DNA of 64,000 nucleotides. It comes from Balanoglossus misakiensis (lineage: Eukaryota; Animalia; Hemichordata). Shown in pieces: positions 28,618-41,425 of this stretch. The position numbers were made by a program, and so were the translations under genes. The notes under the pieces are model-generated. The model saw only the letters and a program-made list of their open reading frames with translations, did not search any database and had not been told where the DNA came from. Every line of letters starts with the position of its first letter. The stretch's first letter is position 1. The stretch spans positions 11,794,909-11,858,908 of the forward strand of contig CM082580.2 in NCBI GenBank assembly GCA_040954595.2, given 5' to 3'.

Positions 28618-31600
28618 TTCGAAACCCCCCACACACGAAAAACCCGCAATCAGACCATGTCACATGACAGTAGTATACCGAACTGTATTTAATTTAGATT
28701 CCACCGACGGACTCAAGAGAAACCTGCTTTCCGAGATATCAAGAAAAGCTGGCTTCATCAATTATTCTGTCCTATAAATAAGAGAAAGCCATACCCTTTA
28801 TACAAACCATTAACATTTTACATTTTGACTAAGTTAGATATGTGCCAACTGAACATCTATATTTGCGACATTCATTTCAGAAGACATCTTATATGTGTTT
28901 GTTTGTTTTTGCGATTTCAACAGTTTAACTGTTCGCATTTTACCGTCCATTTGATAGACTTACAACGCACTGGCTCAAGTGATCATGACATAATGATAGT
29001 ACTAACTTTACGAAATAATGTACCCACAGAAGTGTCTTTAAGATTTATGACTTCAATTGAAATAGGGACCGGTGGTTATGAGGCCAGGTGTCCTTCTTGT
29101 ATTGTCCAGTTTTGATACCGTTAATTCCGTCATGTAAACGATATATTTGTCGTTGCTTTATATCTTAGATCCGATATTTTCTGTGTTTGTTTATCGTCCA
29201 CTTTGCGAAAGCTTTCTGGCTATTTACTACCATTCGTTTTATACTGTAAAAGCGAATATACATTACCACTACATGTACATTGAAATTTTAAATTAGGGGT
29301 GCATGTAGCCCAAAGGGGCGTATGATAGCACCGACACAATTTTCACTATAACTGCTTGAAAGACTACTCAGCATATCAAAAAAAGCTTTTAAAAAACTTT
29401 AGCTCTATATCATTGATCACGCGATGCAATGGGTGATCATTATAATAATTTATAAAGCTGATATTCAGCGCAAGAAATAAAACGTACATATCGATTCCGG
29501 TAAAGAAATCTATTTCTATTTCCAGAGAATGTATTCCTCGTCCATTGATTTATTTTAGACAAGATTTAATTGGCTGTGCGGAAGGGAATGTGAATATGCG
29601 AAGTTTATGAACCAATGGCATTGGACGTTTGTTAAGTTACGGGTGAACCTGAATTACGGCAGTTTTGACAACACTGACAATACATTCTGAAAAGTGTTGT
29701 AGTACTGTTCATTGATTGTATTAAAATGCCGTGCATCTGCATATGCGTTGCCTAGGCAATAATAAAGGATACTAATTATACACTTTTCCGGTGCGAGAAT
29801 GTTGGATGTTTTGTTATATTTGTGGGCGAATTTATGCATGTAGTTGTCACGTCATCATGAGACTAACAATACCGCGTGTTGCATGATAATGAATCGAGGT
29901 TCGCTAACCACGTACGCAGACAAGCGTCTCTATCTTCTTGTATTACTAGTACGTCACAAAGTTGATATAGAATAATTTACTGATTTCAGAATGACACCGC
30001 AAAACTTGCGATCACGCCTGCGTTATTTTCTGTCGACCGATAAAAGGAATTAATTTTAAAAGAAAAAAGTGCATTCCATCTTGAAGCCACTGTCCTATCC
30101 TATGGGGAGGGCGAGATTTTTTAACGACTTTGGTCGCGTTGTTATGGCAACAGTGAATTACGTTAGTGTTCTCCGTTTGTGAAACGCACACACAGCGTTG
30201 ATGGATACAGTGTTTGAAGAAGTCCATATTGTCTTCTTCCATTGTTCCGAGTCAATTGTTGTTACAAGGGGGACATGTCTGTCGTCACTAACCTTTGGGG
30301 GCGACTCAATGGCTGCGGTGTTGAGAATCTCGATAATTACATGTGACTTCTTCGCGTTCAATCATCATGCCGTTCACATCAATGGCAGGAACCATGCCCT
30401 ATTGTTCCGTCCGCCATTTTTAATTCGTGATGTCACCGCTGCACAGTCGCCAATTTGACAAATTGCCAAATTTGCAGGCAACCTGTTTAAACAACAGCTG
30501 TACAGGTAGGGTACCTGTAGGTATTGAATAGCCGTTGATTCTGGTTGATCTTGGTGATGCATGACATGAAATTGTAGTCTTCGTTCGCATTGAAAGAAAT
30601 TAAACCCCCTTTTCAATAGCAGACCGTTAAAAGTGGCCCTTTCTTTGGCTGAGGAGGTCTGGGGACAATTATCGGATTATGGCGCACAAACACTTCGCAT
30701 GAACCTTTTCATCGATGGGTTGCTAACCTCTGTTATGGGCCACAATGGGATATAAACCTGAAAAAACAACAACAATGCTATTTTGTGTCTGTTCAAACTC
30801 GATGGTGAAAGTTTGGTTTGACCACAGTCCCTCAAAAGAAAGAAGGGGTGTTTTTGACAGACAACTCTGACTGCGGGGGCCGAGCAAAGACAAGGTGATG
30901 TGCAGAGAGACAATGTGGCACAGCCATGACATGCACGACAAATTGAAAAAGCCGCTAACAAACCGTTCTGACTGAAGTCGGTCAAAGACCTTGGCCTGTC
31001 GAAGACAGAATCCTGGCTGTTGTCTGTCGTACATAACGGGACACGGTGTACACAGGCGAGTTACTCATACTGTACAAGGATGGTCACATTCTTGTGCAGG
31101 CAAGGGCACACCCCGTGTGGCAGCACCGCGTCCATTGTGAAATAAAATAAAATGAAATTAATTTCATTATTCTGCATGAACTGGACTGGGATTTATTTTA
31201 TAAAACGTAAGGTTTAATTACTTGGGTGCTTTCAAGGATGATGGGCAACGAATTTTGTTGTGTTATTGTTTGTTTGTTCTGATTTTTTTCTTTACTACCT
31301 ATTCATGTACTAGTAGTCTCCGGCAATACCGGTCGCCTACTACATATTCCATAGTCACCGTACGAATTTCTGAGTTCAAAGAATTACATTGGCCTTTATT
31401 GTATAATGTTATGTAAAAACACACGCATCGCTGGAGATATTGAGGTAAGTTCTTCTATAAGCTTTCCTGCTCACACATTTGCTGCCTATCGTAATTTCAC
31501 TGCAAATTGGATGATTCGCGCAAAGCATGTCGTTACCTAGCGACCAGTAGCAGAGGTTCATCGTGATACAGCCGGAACTTGTGAAGACGCGCATTAATCG

Positions 31601-34113
31601 CGGCGTGTATTCAACGTGTACATCATTGTCGCACAAAGACGACAGCAAGTTCGTTAGTGCACAATTGTTGGTCGGCGAGTGACTCTCATTGTAACGCTAG
31701 CTAATTACGCCTGGCTTCAAGTCGATAATTGGGAAATGAAGTGAACGGTGGACTCTTCTTTATCACAAAGATTGGAAGCATGTTGTATTGAGTTCCTATT
31801 AGGAACAGATACAGTCTTTGATGACCACCAGAGTTGAAATCATCCTGCGTGAGCCCCCTCTCCCTCCTTTCCCCGCCCCGCACCCCTCCCTTCCTTCCCC
31901 CACCCGTACCCACCCCCTCTCTGACCCTGATTATATACCTTGTTATAATGAAAAAAAGGTGTGACGAAAGAAATATTTCCCCTTTCAACCATTCTATCTT
32001 GTTGCTTCTCTAGTTATATACTAGTACTCACAACGGAAAACACGAACAATTTGCATGAAAAGAAGTACTTTAGATCGAAGTGGAATGAAACGCGTTTTTT
32101 TCTCTCTCTCTATGTTGTCGAAATCAATAAATCTGATCGCACAAGAGTTTCCTGCGCACACTTTAAAGTCAGGAAATGCTTGTGTGCGTGTGAAGGAAGA
32201 AATTGAAGACTTGTCTATAACTAGTAACAGAGTCTTGCCGTCCCAGATTTTCTAACAAGTCCATTTCTCAGTGAAGTTGTTCCAAATTGGCAATTAATCT
32301 CCGCCCACAGAGAGAATCTTGGAAAGGAAATCTCCGTGAGAGAGCAAGCTGATTTAGTATTTTTTCAGTGGAGAGCAGAGCCAATCAATTTTATGATTGT
32401 GCTCGAGAGATTTTCTCTTCTTTGTCGACACCGTCACGTGATGCAATCAACATCTCGGCAACGTTGCAATTAAGGGAAAATGGGAAGTTTGTGTTACGAC
32501 ATGGATTTCCACATTATTGATGCCGGCCTGGGCTTTAAATAAGCCTTCTGTGTGTATGTCTTTCAGCCTGGGAATCTGGAGAATGTTTTGAAATAATCAC
32601 GCGACGAGTTGAATGAATAACGAGGTCTCCAAGCATAGATTTTCATTATCGACACCTCAGGTCCATATTGATTGGCGCATTTCCCTCGACAGATCCCAAG
32701 GTGTTCACCAAGGATAAAATACTTGCAGAGAACATGTGTCTCTGTTCGAAAGAGTAGCAAACTACGTCTCTCATTATTGCTTCATACTTGATTTTCTCGG
32801 TGCGGAGTCTACTGAAGCTGTACACGCGCGACGCTATTACACCGTTTTCAAATGTCATTAATAAAAGCGGAGATTTTCTATCTTGCTCATGTCCGTTCGT
32901 TTGAAACCCATTTTCTCTTGCCTGTCACTGTCAAGGAGTTGCTTAGTGTTTCAAGTGTTTATTGCAAAATTATAGACAACGGAGGTCAGTCCAATGTGAC
33001 ACACAGTCACAACCCCGAACAACACCCCGGGACAAAAGTGTAGGCGATGTGGAATTCTGTCAATATTTATCAACCTCGTCTGAATGAAGATCTCTGCAAA
33101 TACGTCGCGTATTTCAAATAATCTTAGGTGTCGCGTAATTATTACGAAACTTTCGAGTCAATCGCAACTGTTCACACAAATGTTTCATCTCGTTCTCCAT
33201 GATGGCAGAAGTAGCGCACAATGTTTACTGCCATTTAAATTCATTTCAAACATCGATCAGTATAAACAGTGAGAGGTGCGAGACAAGTTTCTTTGTCCCC
33301 TGTTCGTTCTGCCCAGATCGAAGAGCCTTTGTCGGCCGCGGGTATTAATTATTCAGTGTTATTTGGCTTACCTGTAGGCTAAATTAACAATCTGCATACA
33401 TCTTTTCAGACAAAGTCAATAACGTATTTCCTTCTTGAAATCAACACACGTGCGAAAACAATATTGACGAATTTATATAGAAGCCTATTTATTCGATCGA
33501 TGACTGAATTCTATTCGGGAAAAAATCCACCAATTAAAGAATTAAATTTGACGTCAACAAAAATAATAGTATTACTATACTAGTGCGCCCCTGAATTCAA
33601 ATTGTCATTATCGCGTTGTCAGGAAAGTGAGCTCGAGGTAGATTAATAATCCAAATATACTGATATCTCATCATCCGGTCGTCCAAAAATTAGCAAACAC
33701 AAATGACCAAACAAATTTTAAAACCCTCATAATTATACACGTATAATTTCGTCATTGCACTGACCCCTATCATCAGATGTTAGCATTTCTTTCGTTTTAC
33801 CTCTTGCGCACGTGTTCAAACACAAGAAAGCACAATACAAGTCCAACCGACTACGAATAACTTCGGGGCATTTCCAAGTGTCTAGCCTATGTCCAAATCT
33901 GGCCGATTTACAGTGCTGTGATTTTTGCAACGAAAGAACTAGCCTACATGTATTTCTGGAAAATTCTATCATTCGTAATCAACACAATTTGGCTGTGGGA
34001 GAGTCTACATTCTTTCCTTGCTCTGCGTACAGGTCTGTGTGTTCCCGGCGTTACACGAGCTACATTCTTTCCATGCCCCAGCCTTTATGAAAACTCCTTT
34101 AACTTTAATGTTT

Positions 34114-37100
34114 CTAATGGTCCCCTTGGTATTTCTCATTCATCAAGATGGCGGCGATAGCAACCATTATGCAGAGGAGATAAAGCACAGCAAAACACCT
34201 ATCGACGATCTTGGCAACCACGGACCACTCCAGCTGTATTCTCCTGTCTTTCTCCCTCTTCTCCTGAAATTCCCGGAGACATTTTATTTCCCTATAAATC
34301 TCGGGAATGCGGGAGATATTTGCTGTGTGCACTGTTTCAGTGTTGTCGATTTTCTTCCTGATAAAGACCGGGCTGATGGACGATCCGGCCAAGCGACTCT
34401 TCTCGGCATCGTTGCTTTTGGCCCCGTCCTTGTCTAACAACTTTCTGAGTCCGAAAATGGTGCCCAACCTGCCAAGTACCCATTTTCTGACCCACGGGGA
34501 GATTCTTGAGTGGAAGTTACCGCGGTGATGGATGTTGACAACGGTGACTGATATTATGGTTGACAGCAAAACGAGAACTATAGTGATGCTGTAGAATTGG
34601 CCTGTTGAGAACCGACATGACGCTGTCATTATCGTGATAATCTTTAAACATGATGGTCACCCGTTCGCATTGTGTCGTTTGTCACAGAGTAGTTGCTCCA
34701 TTTCCCTTTCTTCTGCGCAATTTTAGCCATTGTTACCACGGAAAGTTGAGATCTAGCCATGCAATTACAGTTTTTTTGCTGGGTCGCCATGCCAAAAATA
34801 AGTGCGCCACCAGACGGTCATTCGAAGACTTAGACAGGCGCTTTCAACTTAACCATACATGTACATGTATGAGCATATAGCTCCAGCTCTAAACAGAATC
34901 CAAATTACCACTTACCTATGATCGACAGAAAGCCATTCCGAGGCATACTCTCGGTCAACACCATCAGAAAGACGGTCGTGGACAACATTATGGTAATACC
35001 AAAGCTCAACTTTTCTCCAGACTCGGCGGGAAGGAAGAAGACGAGAGTGGTTGCGCCAATCAGCACGCAGCTTGGCAGGAATATGTTGACAATGTAAAAA
35101 AGTGGACGACGGCTCAGGATAACAGTGAACACGACATCACAGTACGGAACGTTTACTTCATCGGGATAATAGCTTGTGTTATTGGTTGTTGTCATGCCGA
35201 TTAGATCCCATTCTCCCAAAGAAGTGAACGCACTGGCGCTTCCTGTGTGAAGAGACCAGTTTGAAGGGATTAGTGAAATCGCAGACTTTGCAAACAACCC
35301 GCGCATCAGTCCGAAATCATTTAGTATTTTTCTGTCGTTTTGGTTGCAGAGCTTGAACAATGAATAAACCTAACACGTTCAACTAACCTTCGCCTCCAAG
35401 GGTGATTTCTCTAGCGGTGTACTGCCACGGGCCGAACTTCAGCGGACATTCCTGAACGTCGAACGGGAAATGCTCCACTTCGATCTGACAAACACTGTGA
35501 AAGATGACGGGCGCCGCCCACAACACGGTTCCGTCGCTGTAAAGTTTGACAATTTGTCCCGCAAGGAAGCCACCATCATCGCCGCGAACGCTGAAATATC
35601 AGAGGTCAATGCCTTAATTTTTATTAGGGGAGAACGATTAAATTTGTGGGGGTGGGTGGAGGTTTTGGGTATGGCAGCAATTTTTGTTCAGTCACCGTTA
35701 CAGGAAATACCAGTATTTTTATTACATTGCCAGTCCACTATTTTCACAAGGCATTGCAAGAGAATTTTTTTCCTCCCCACCGTCTGCCCCCAAATCTTTC
35801 ACCCACCCCTGCCCCTGCGACCTCGTCTATGACAAAAAGTGCCGTGATAACAACGTATTGCGTAAATGCCAGGTGTATTGATAGTATAATTTGCATGTTA
35901 TAGATCAACAGATGCTGTTTTGAGTAGGGTTGCTGACTGGGTGAGATTGAGAGGTCAAATAAAACTGCATATTACAAGTGTTGCATCATTGATGACTATG
36001 AATACTGGTGTTAATTGAAATGATTAACACATCATTTTATTATATATTTTTTTCATTTTGTATCCATGATTAAGTTGTGCACTCTGGATCATGGGACAAT
36101 GTTTGAATGTTCGTTTCTTACTTGTCATAAAGTGTTACTTGCGGTAGCCATAGTAAGCTTGCAGGCAGTTGAATGTACTGTAAACCACCGAAATCGGACG
36201 CATTCCAGACCATGAATTCATCTTTCCAGATCTTGGAAGTTATGAAAGAAGAAAAAATACTGACAAACAAACAAAACTAATGGAAAGTATACAATCCATG
36301 ACGTCACGGAAAAAACGCAATGCCCTGTTCGCTACTGGATAGGCAGGGAATTCCTCGTGTCAAAATCTTGCCAACAATGATGTAGAACTAGCAAAGTGTG
36401 TACTCACCAGTGTTATCCAGGAGTTTGTTTTAAGGGTCTGTTGTATCTCGTCCTGGGGTAAAAAAAAATAATGTATCAGAATCGTAGCTGTAATTAAGAG
36501 TGGGCCATCATGATGAAAGTTGCGCTACGCTTTCCAAAAGTTCGATGGCATTCGGGGACATTCTCACGTGACACAGGACAAACACAACACATGACCCGAA
36601 AAAAATTAAATGAAAGTGGTAGACTCACCAAATCCAGTACCTGCGACACAAAAAATTTCATGTGCACAATAGTTGATATGTTCGCATTGTAAGTTGGTCG
36701 AACTTCTGGATTGTAACCCGACTTCAGATGATCGACAAGTTGTTCTGTGAAACTTGCTGGTCTTTCATAAATGGCCGACGTGTGGCTTTTCGATTTCAGT
36801 GAATTTGAGTCGTGACCTGTAATTTTGCAAATAAGATAGTTCAGACGCAAACTAACTATATTATCGGCCTAATGCCTACCTGTATAATTATCTGTTATTT
36901 ACATTCACATGAATATTAATATTAATATTAATATTAATACTCAGTCTCTACCTGTTACTGTAATAATTGTCATATTCATCAGAACTTTTCTTAGACATTT
37001 GGTTTGAGAAAAAAAATGTAACGTAAATAGTCTACAGCATTAAAGAATTTTCCATTCAAGACAACTTTCAAGTTCTGCTTAGTAACTGTATTATATCTGA

Positions 37101-37757
37101 CTGATATCACCATCACGAGAACGATGTTGGTGATTCTAAATGGTACCCACACGATCGGACAACAATTCATCTTGTCATCGTTTATGGACGATAGTTTTAT
37201 GACAATTTCTTTTGAAGTGGGTCCAGTTCATATAGTGGTGAGGATGAGCACACTATTAGCTACCAACCTCCGATTCCACAGTTGGTGTTCTCGTGTGCAA
37301 CCTTGTGTAAATGTTGAGACCATTTTCAAAATTCACGAGGACATCAGATCAACTTCAGAACTATACTTAGGCCAATTTGGAAGATGACTGTACGGTTGAT
37401 CAAAATTGAAATTTACCAATATGTCATTGTGTTTCTAAAATATACAGACAGAGTTAACAAAAGTAGATCGCTGAATGGATATTTGTATAATACCTATCTT
37501 ATTGTCGGCATGGGTTTAAAAATAAAAACAGAAAATATGTCTACAAACGGTTCTACCAACCGGATGAAGAGGAATTTTTCCAAAGTTAATACTAACCGGG
37601 TTGGATGGATCAAATAATGGAGGTGAATTCCTCCAACAGTGAACAAAAAATTGCATTTACCTGAAAGGCAGCTTGCCAGAGTACCAAAAATGACGAGAAA
37701 GACGATCAACATTTTGTGCCAGTTGGTCCAGTCGATGCCTGACGTCGCAACCATCAT
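34114..37757 (-). CDS. Cys-loop ligand-gated ion channel, nAChR-like subunit lacking vicinal cysteines (copy 1, 7 exons)
   Basis: Signal-peptide exon; GYNPEVRP; 45-nt exon DEIQQTLKTNSWITL; 110-nt exon IWKDEFMVW...WLPQVTLYD; Cys-loop CQIEVEHFPFDVQEC; RRPLFYIVN; M2 SGEKLSFGITIMLSTTVF; M4 EWSVVAKIVDR. Confidence 0.93.
35624..35815. mobile_element. Decayed MITE-like insertion in intron 4 of Cys-loop copy 1
   Basis: Imperfect inverted arms GGGGTGGGTGGAGGTTTTGGG (~35649) / CCCAAATCTTTCACCCACCCC (~35789). This intron is much longer than the equivalent intron of copy 2. Boundaries approximate. Confidence 0.4.
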
Positions 37758-38700
37758 GCTGGTCCGCGCTGATGTGTTGTCTTTGTGGACGCCGACGGTG
37801 TCAAAACTAATGCAATCATCCTTACATAATATGCAGCGTAGTTAAGACAGGTACCTTGTTTTCTCCCGCGGGATGCGCTTTCATGCGTTGCAGAATGTCA
37901 TTAAATAATTTCACCGCCACTGCACATGACCACTGATATTCTGTCCTGTCGATGCAGTGAACATTGTCATCCGGCAAATTCATATTCTGGCTGCAATTTG
38001 ACTGCAATTTGAACAGCGTAACCATCACTACACGTCGAGAGAACGGTTTTTAATTCAAAGCATCTACCTTAAACGAAAACCCAATAAACACAGAATACAA
38101 AATGGCAAATTTATTAAATTGATTTTGAGAACAAGAATATATGGTGACTGTGTCCAAATTCTTGTATTAAACTATACAATGGAGGCATATTTTGGAGTGC
38201 TATTCCAGAATCTACCCTGAATTTACTGACGGTATACAAACAGTTTCATCTCTTAGTGAGTACGAAATCTTGCTGTATACTTTAGTTTCCACTAAATTGC
38301 TGGTAATGTCAATGTGGTTGGTCTTCTCGCTCGTTTTATGGAGAGTTGGTTAATAGGTAACTTATTTTTGGGTCGGTCGCATCATCAATGACCCCTTTGC
38401 GTGACCTACATCCGGGCATTGTCATCCTAAACGATAAGAAATTGTTCACTAATAAATTTATAAACCATAGTTGTGATTCTGGACACGGTATAGTTTAACG
38501 ACTTCTAGTTGGAGATTCAAGATTAGCGTATAGGTAACTCAACCATATATGGGCTTATTTTTTATCTACACACGGCCCCACAAATTTTGAGCTGACAAAT
38601 TGACCCATGCATTGTGCATGTTTGAAGCGGTAATGCGAGGGTTTCTTTCACCAAGTCTCGTTATTTTGCAGCGGTAGTAAAACCCACAATCCTTTTCGGC

Positions 38701-41129
38701 ATGGATTTTAAAGAGGTAGCTGAAGATTCGGTTAAAAAACTACTTCACTATGAAGCCAATGTCAAAGACTGGACATACTACAAAACTAAGGTAAGCAACG
38801 CGACTGTAATCCAGCGTTCGGGTGGGGTTACTCTTGGTCTAGTCACGCCTGGTTTGACGTCATATCTTACATTATCAAAGTGTATATACGGGTAAATATT
38901 TAACCTACACTACATTTTACATTTCTGGCACATTAATCAGAATTTACATATCTAAATGATTTTATTAATTAAAAAAATATCATGGTATCCTACGACTACG
39001 TGATCATTATCGCCAAGGCTGCAGGTTGCTGGTCCGAATTGCAGACAGCAGATGACGTAATGAGGTAGAGGAGGCTAACATGCATTCCATTTGTCAATTA
39101 TCACCATGGAGTTGTCAATTGCAAAAGTCCTGATCAATACCCGGGTGCTGGCTGGCGACTGGAAAGTTGCTATAGGACGATTTTTACGCCACTGCAGGCT
39201 AAGACACCCAGTCGAGCTGTTAATTCGGTCAGGGGGCTTAGCGTGGTCAGTTAACATATATATGGACTGTTTTTCAGAGATTCACACTGATAATCAAGTG
39301 ATAAAGATAGTGGGCAGACGCGGAGGTGGCTTATAACCTTCACGTGACTTTTAACCTTCACGGGCAGACATCCAAAACGCAGAGGATTGGGGATAAGATA
39401 ATAAACATTATTTTATTAATAATTAAACAATAACCGATAGAATATTAAACAGTATGTCATCTGATCCCCGTGCTCTGACCGAATATCTCAAGAGACCGAA
39501 ACATTTAAATATCGCCATGATTATTAACCGGATATCGTCTGAATACAAACAAATCTACAGAAAAGATGGCCAACAGTCACGTGATACCATACTGAAACAT
39601 AAACCACATGTATATGAACTTGTGTAATAAGTTGTTGTTTTTTCTTCTAAATAACAATTTCCCCAACACAACCAGCATGGTGCTACAATGTCATATAGAA
39701 AATCTAACGAGATGGACGATTATGTGTAAGTAACTTTTTTTTGACATATCAACCCGGAGCTTATAAAAAACCACGTCGCCGTTCCCTACATTACATCTGA
39801 TTTTAATCAGATTGGGATTCGACCAGAAATAATGAAAATCTACATTTTAATTACCATTCAATGTTAAATTGCAGATATAAATCCGAATATATCCTAGATG
39901 CACCTATAGAAAAAGTCATTGATTTATCAGTTGATTCAGATAAACATGCGCAATGGGACACTGGAGTATGTAAAGTGGAAACAATCGCAACAATTGACGA
40001 GGTAAGCAAGGGGTGTTAAAAGGTGTTAATGTTAATTATTTGTGAAAAGAAAAATAGAAACCATGAAATATCAAAGTGAAACATTTTTTTTCTCAAAACA
40101 TTGTTCAGATATGTTTGAATCCGAAGCATGGTTGAATTAATCGTTCTTTTGATGTAAGTGCCCGGATGTTTATAAAATTCTTCTTATTGCTTCGCTTTGA
40201 TGTAGCACACAGACGTGGTTCGATCCTTGACGCCAAGTTTTATGTTGGGTCTTATATCGCCCCGTGAATTTATAGATGTAATTGGAGTTAGGCAACTACC
40301 AGAAAGAAATACTACCCTCATATTTTGTAAGTACAACATAAATCACGACCATACCTTTAAATAACACAGTTTAAGATCATTATTACGTCCCCTAATCATA
40401 CTAGACGCCGTGACAGTTGGTACAACAGAGTGCAACAATTACTGTTTATTATTTTTTTATGCAATTCACTCTTTTATATTGCAGAAATAATGGAAAATAC
40501 TTCATTAGACATGCTTACTAAAATAACCATAATTATAGATATAGTATAAAGTTAAATGGATAATTTGTGCCGTTATTTGAATTCTTACAGTGATTTTTAC
40601 ACATTGACGGTTTATTTGCAGTCGTTGGTGTTGAACATCCAAAATGTCCGAAGATCAAAGGTGTCGTTCGAGGAATGAATTACCCATCCGGAACCTTTTT
40701 ATCACCTCTCGAAGGGTTTGTATTTGTTTAACTATATTCCCCGTGCATGTTTGACATTTTTGTTCTCTTTTGAAATTATTCCTAGTTTGTGTGAGCCAAT
40801 CTGCATGTCAACGTTTTCCAACTTGAGCTGTGCTTATTTGCACTAAAATCCGACAATCATACTTTGCATTTTTTTTCCTTGCTTTACGTTGCCTAGCCAT
40901 TGGGAATCTTGACTCTTGCAGTAGGCTGCAGGATCAACCGACCGTGCTCAACTATGCTTATCGTTCGATGTTTTTTCTTTTTCTCGTCAGAGATGCAGAT
41001 AAAACTAAGGCAATGGATTTCGTACAGTTTGATGTTAAGCTTTCCCCAAAGAAACTCGCAGATCAGGTGACAGTGGCAGGAATATTTGACTACATTCATG
41101 ATCTTAAAAAGGGACTCAAAGTTATGTGA
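38701..41129 (+). CDS. START-domain lipid/sterol transfer protein, STARD4/5/6 subfamily (6 exons)
   Basis: MDFKEVAEDSVKKLLHY...; HAQWDTGV; GLISPREFIDV; VEHPKCPKIKGVVRGMNYPSG (compare STARD5 HPLCPPKPGFVRGFNHPCG); ends LKKGLKVM*. Confidence 0.88.
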
Positions 41130-41425
41130 CTGACGGCATTTCAGTTTGTTGACGACTTTTAGATGATGATGTTAGGCCTAGGATGTCGTGGTGTAAACGA
41201 TATCATTTGGTTTGTATTTTTTTACCAGCTGGAGAAATTATTTTGATGTTTAAATATCATTACAATTGTAAATATTAATTTTGTAATATTTTATAAACAT
41301 CAAACCCATGGGTCCTCGCACTAATTGCCTGTATTAATTAAAATCCCTGAACACTCAAGAAATCATTCTAGAGTGTTTGTGGAGGGCGGTCATTTTTCTG
41401 AAAACTTGGCTCCGAGGTGAGTGCC

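Noticed and set aside
28254-28692. Cys/Val-rich (CCVVL)n and (HNTTQ)n ORFs
   Set aside because: They are translations of the (CACAA)n microsatellite.
39061-39075. let-7 seed-like TGAGGTAG
   Set aside because: The match stops after 8 nt and there is no precursor hairpin.
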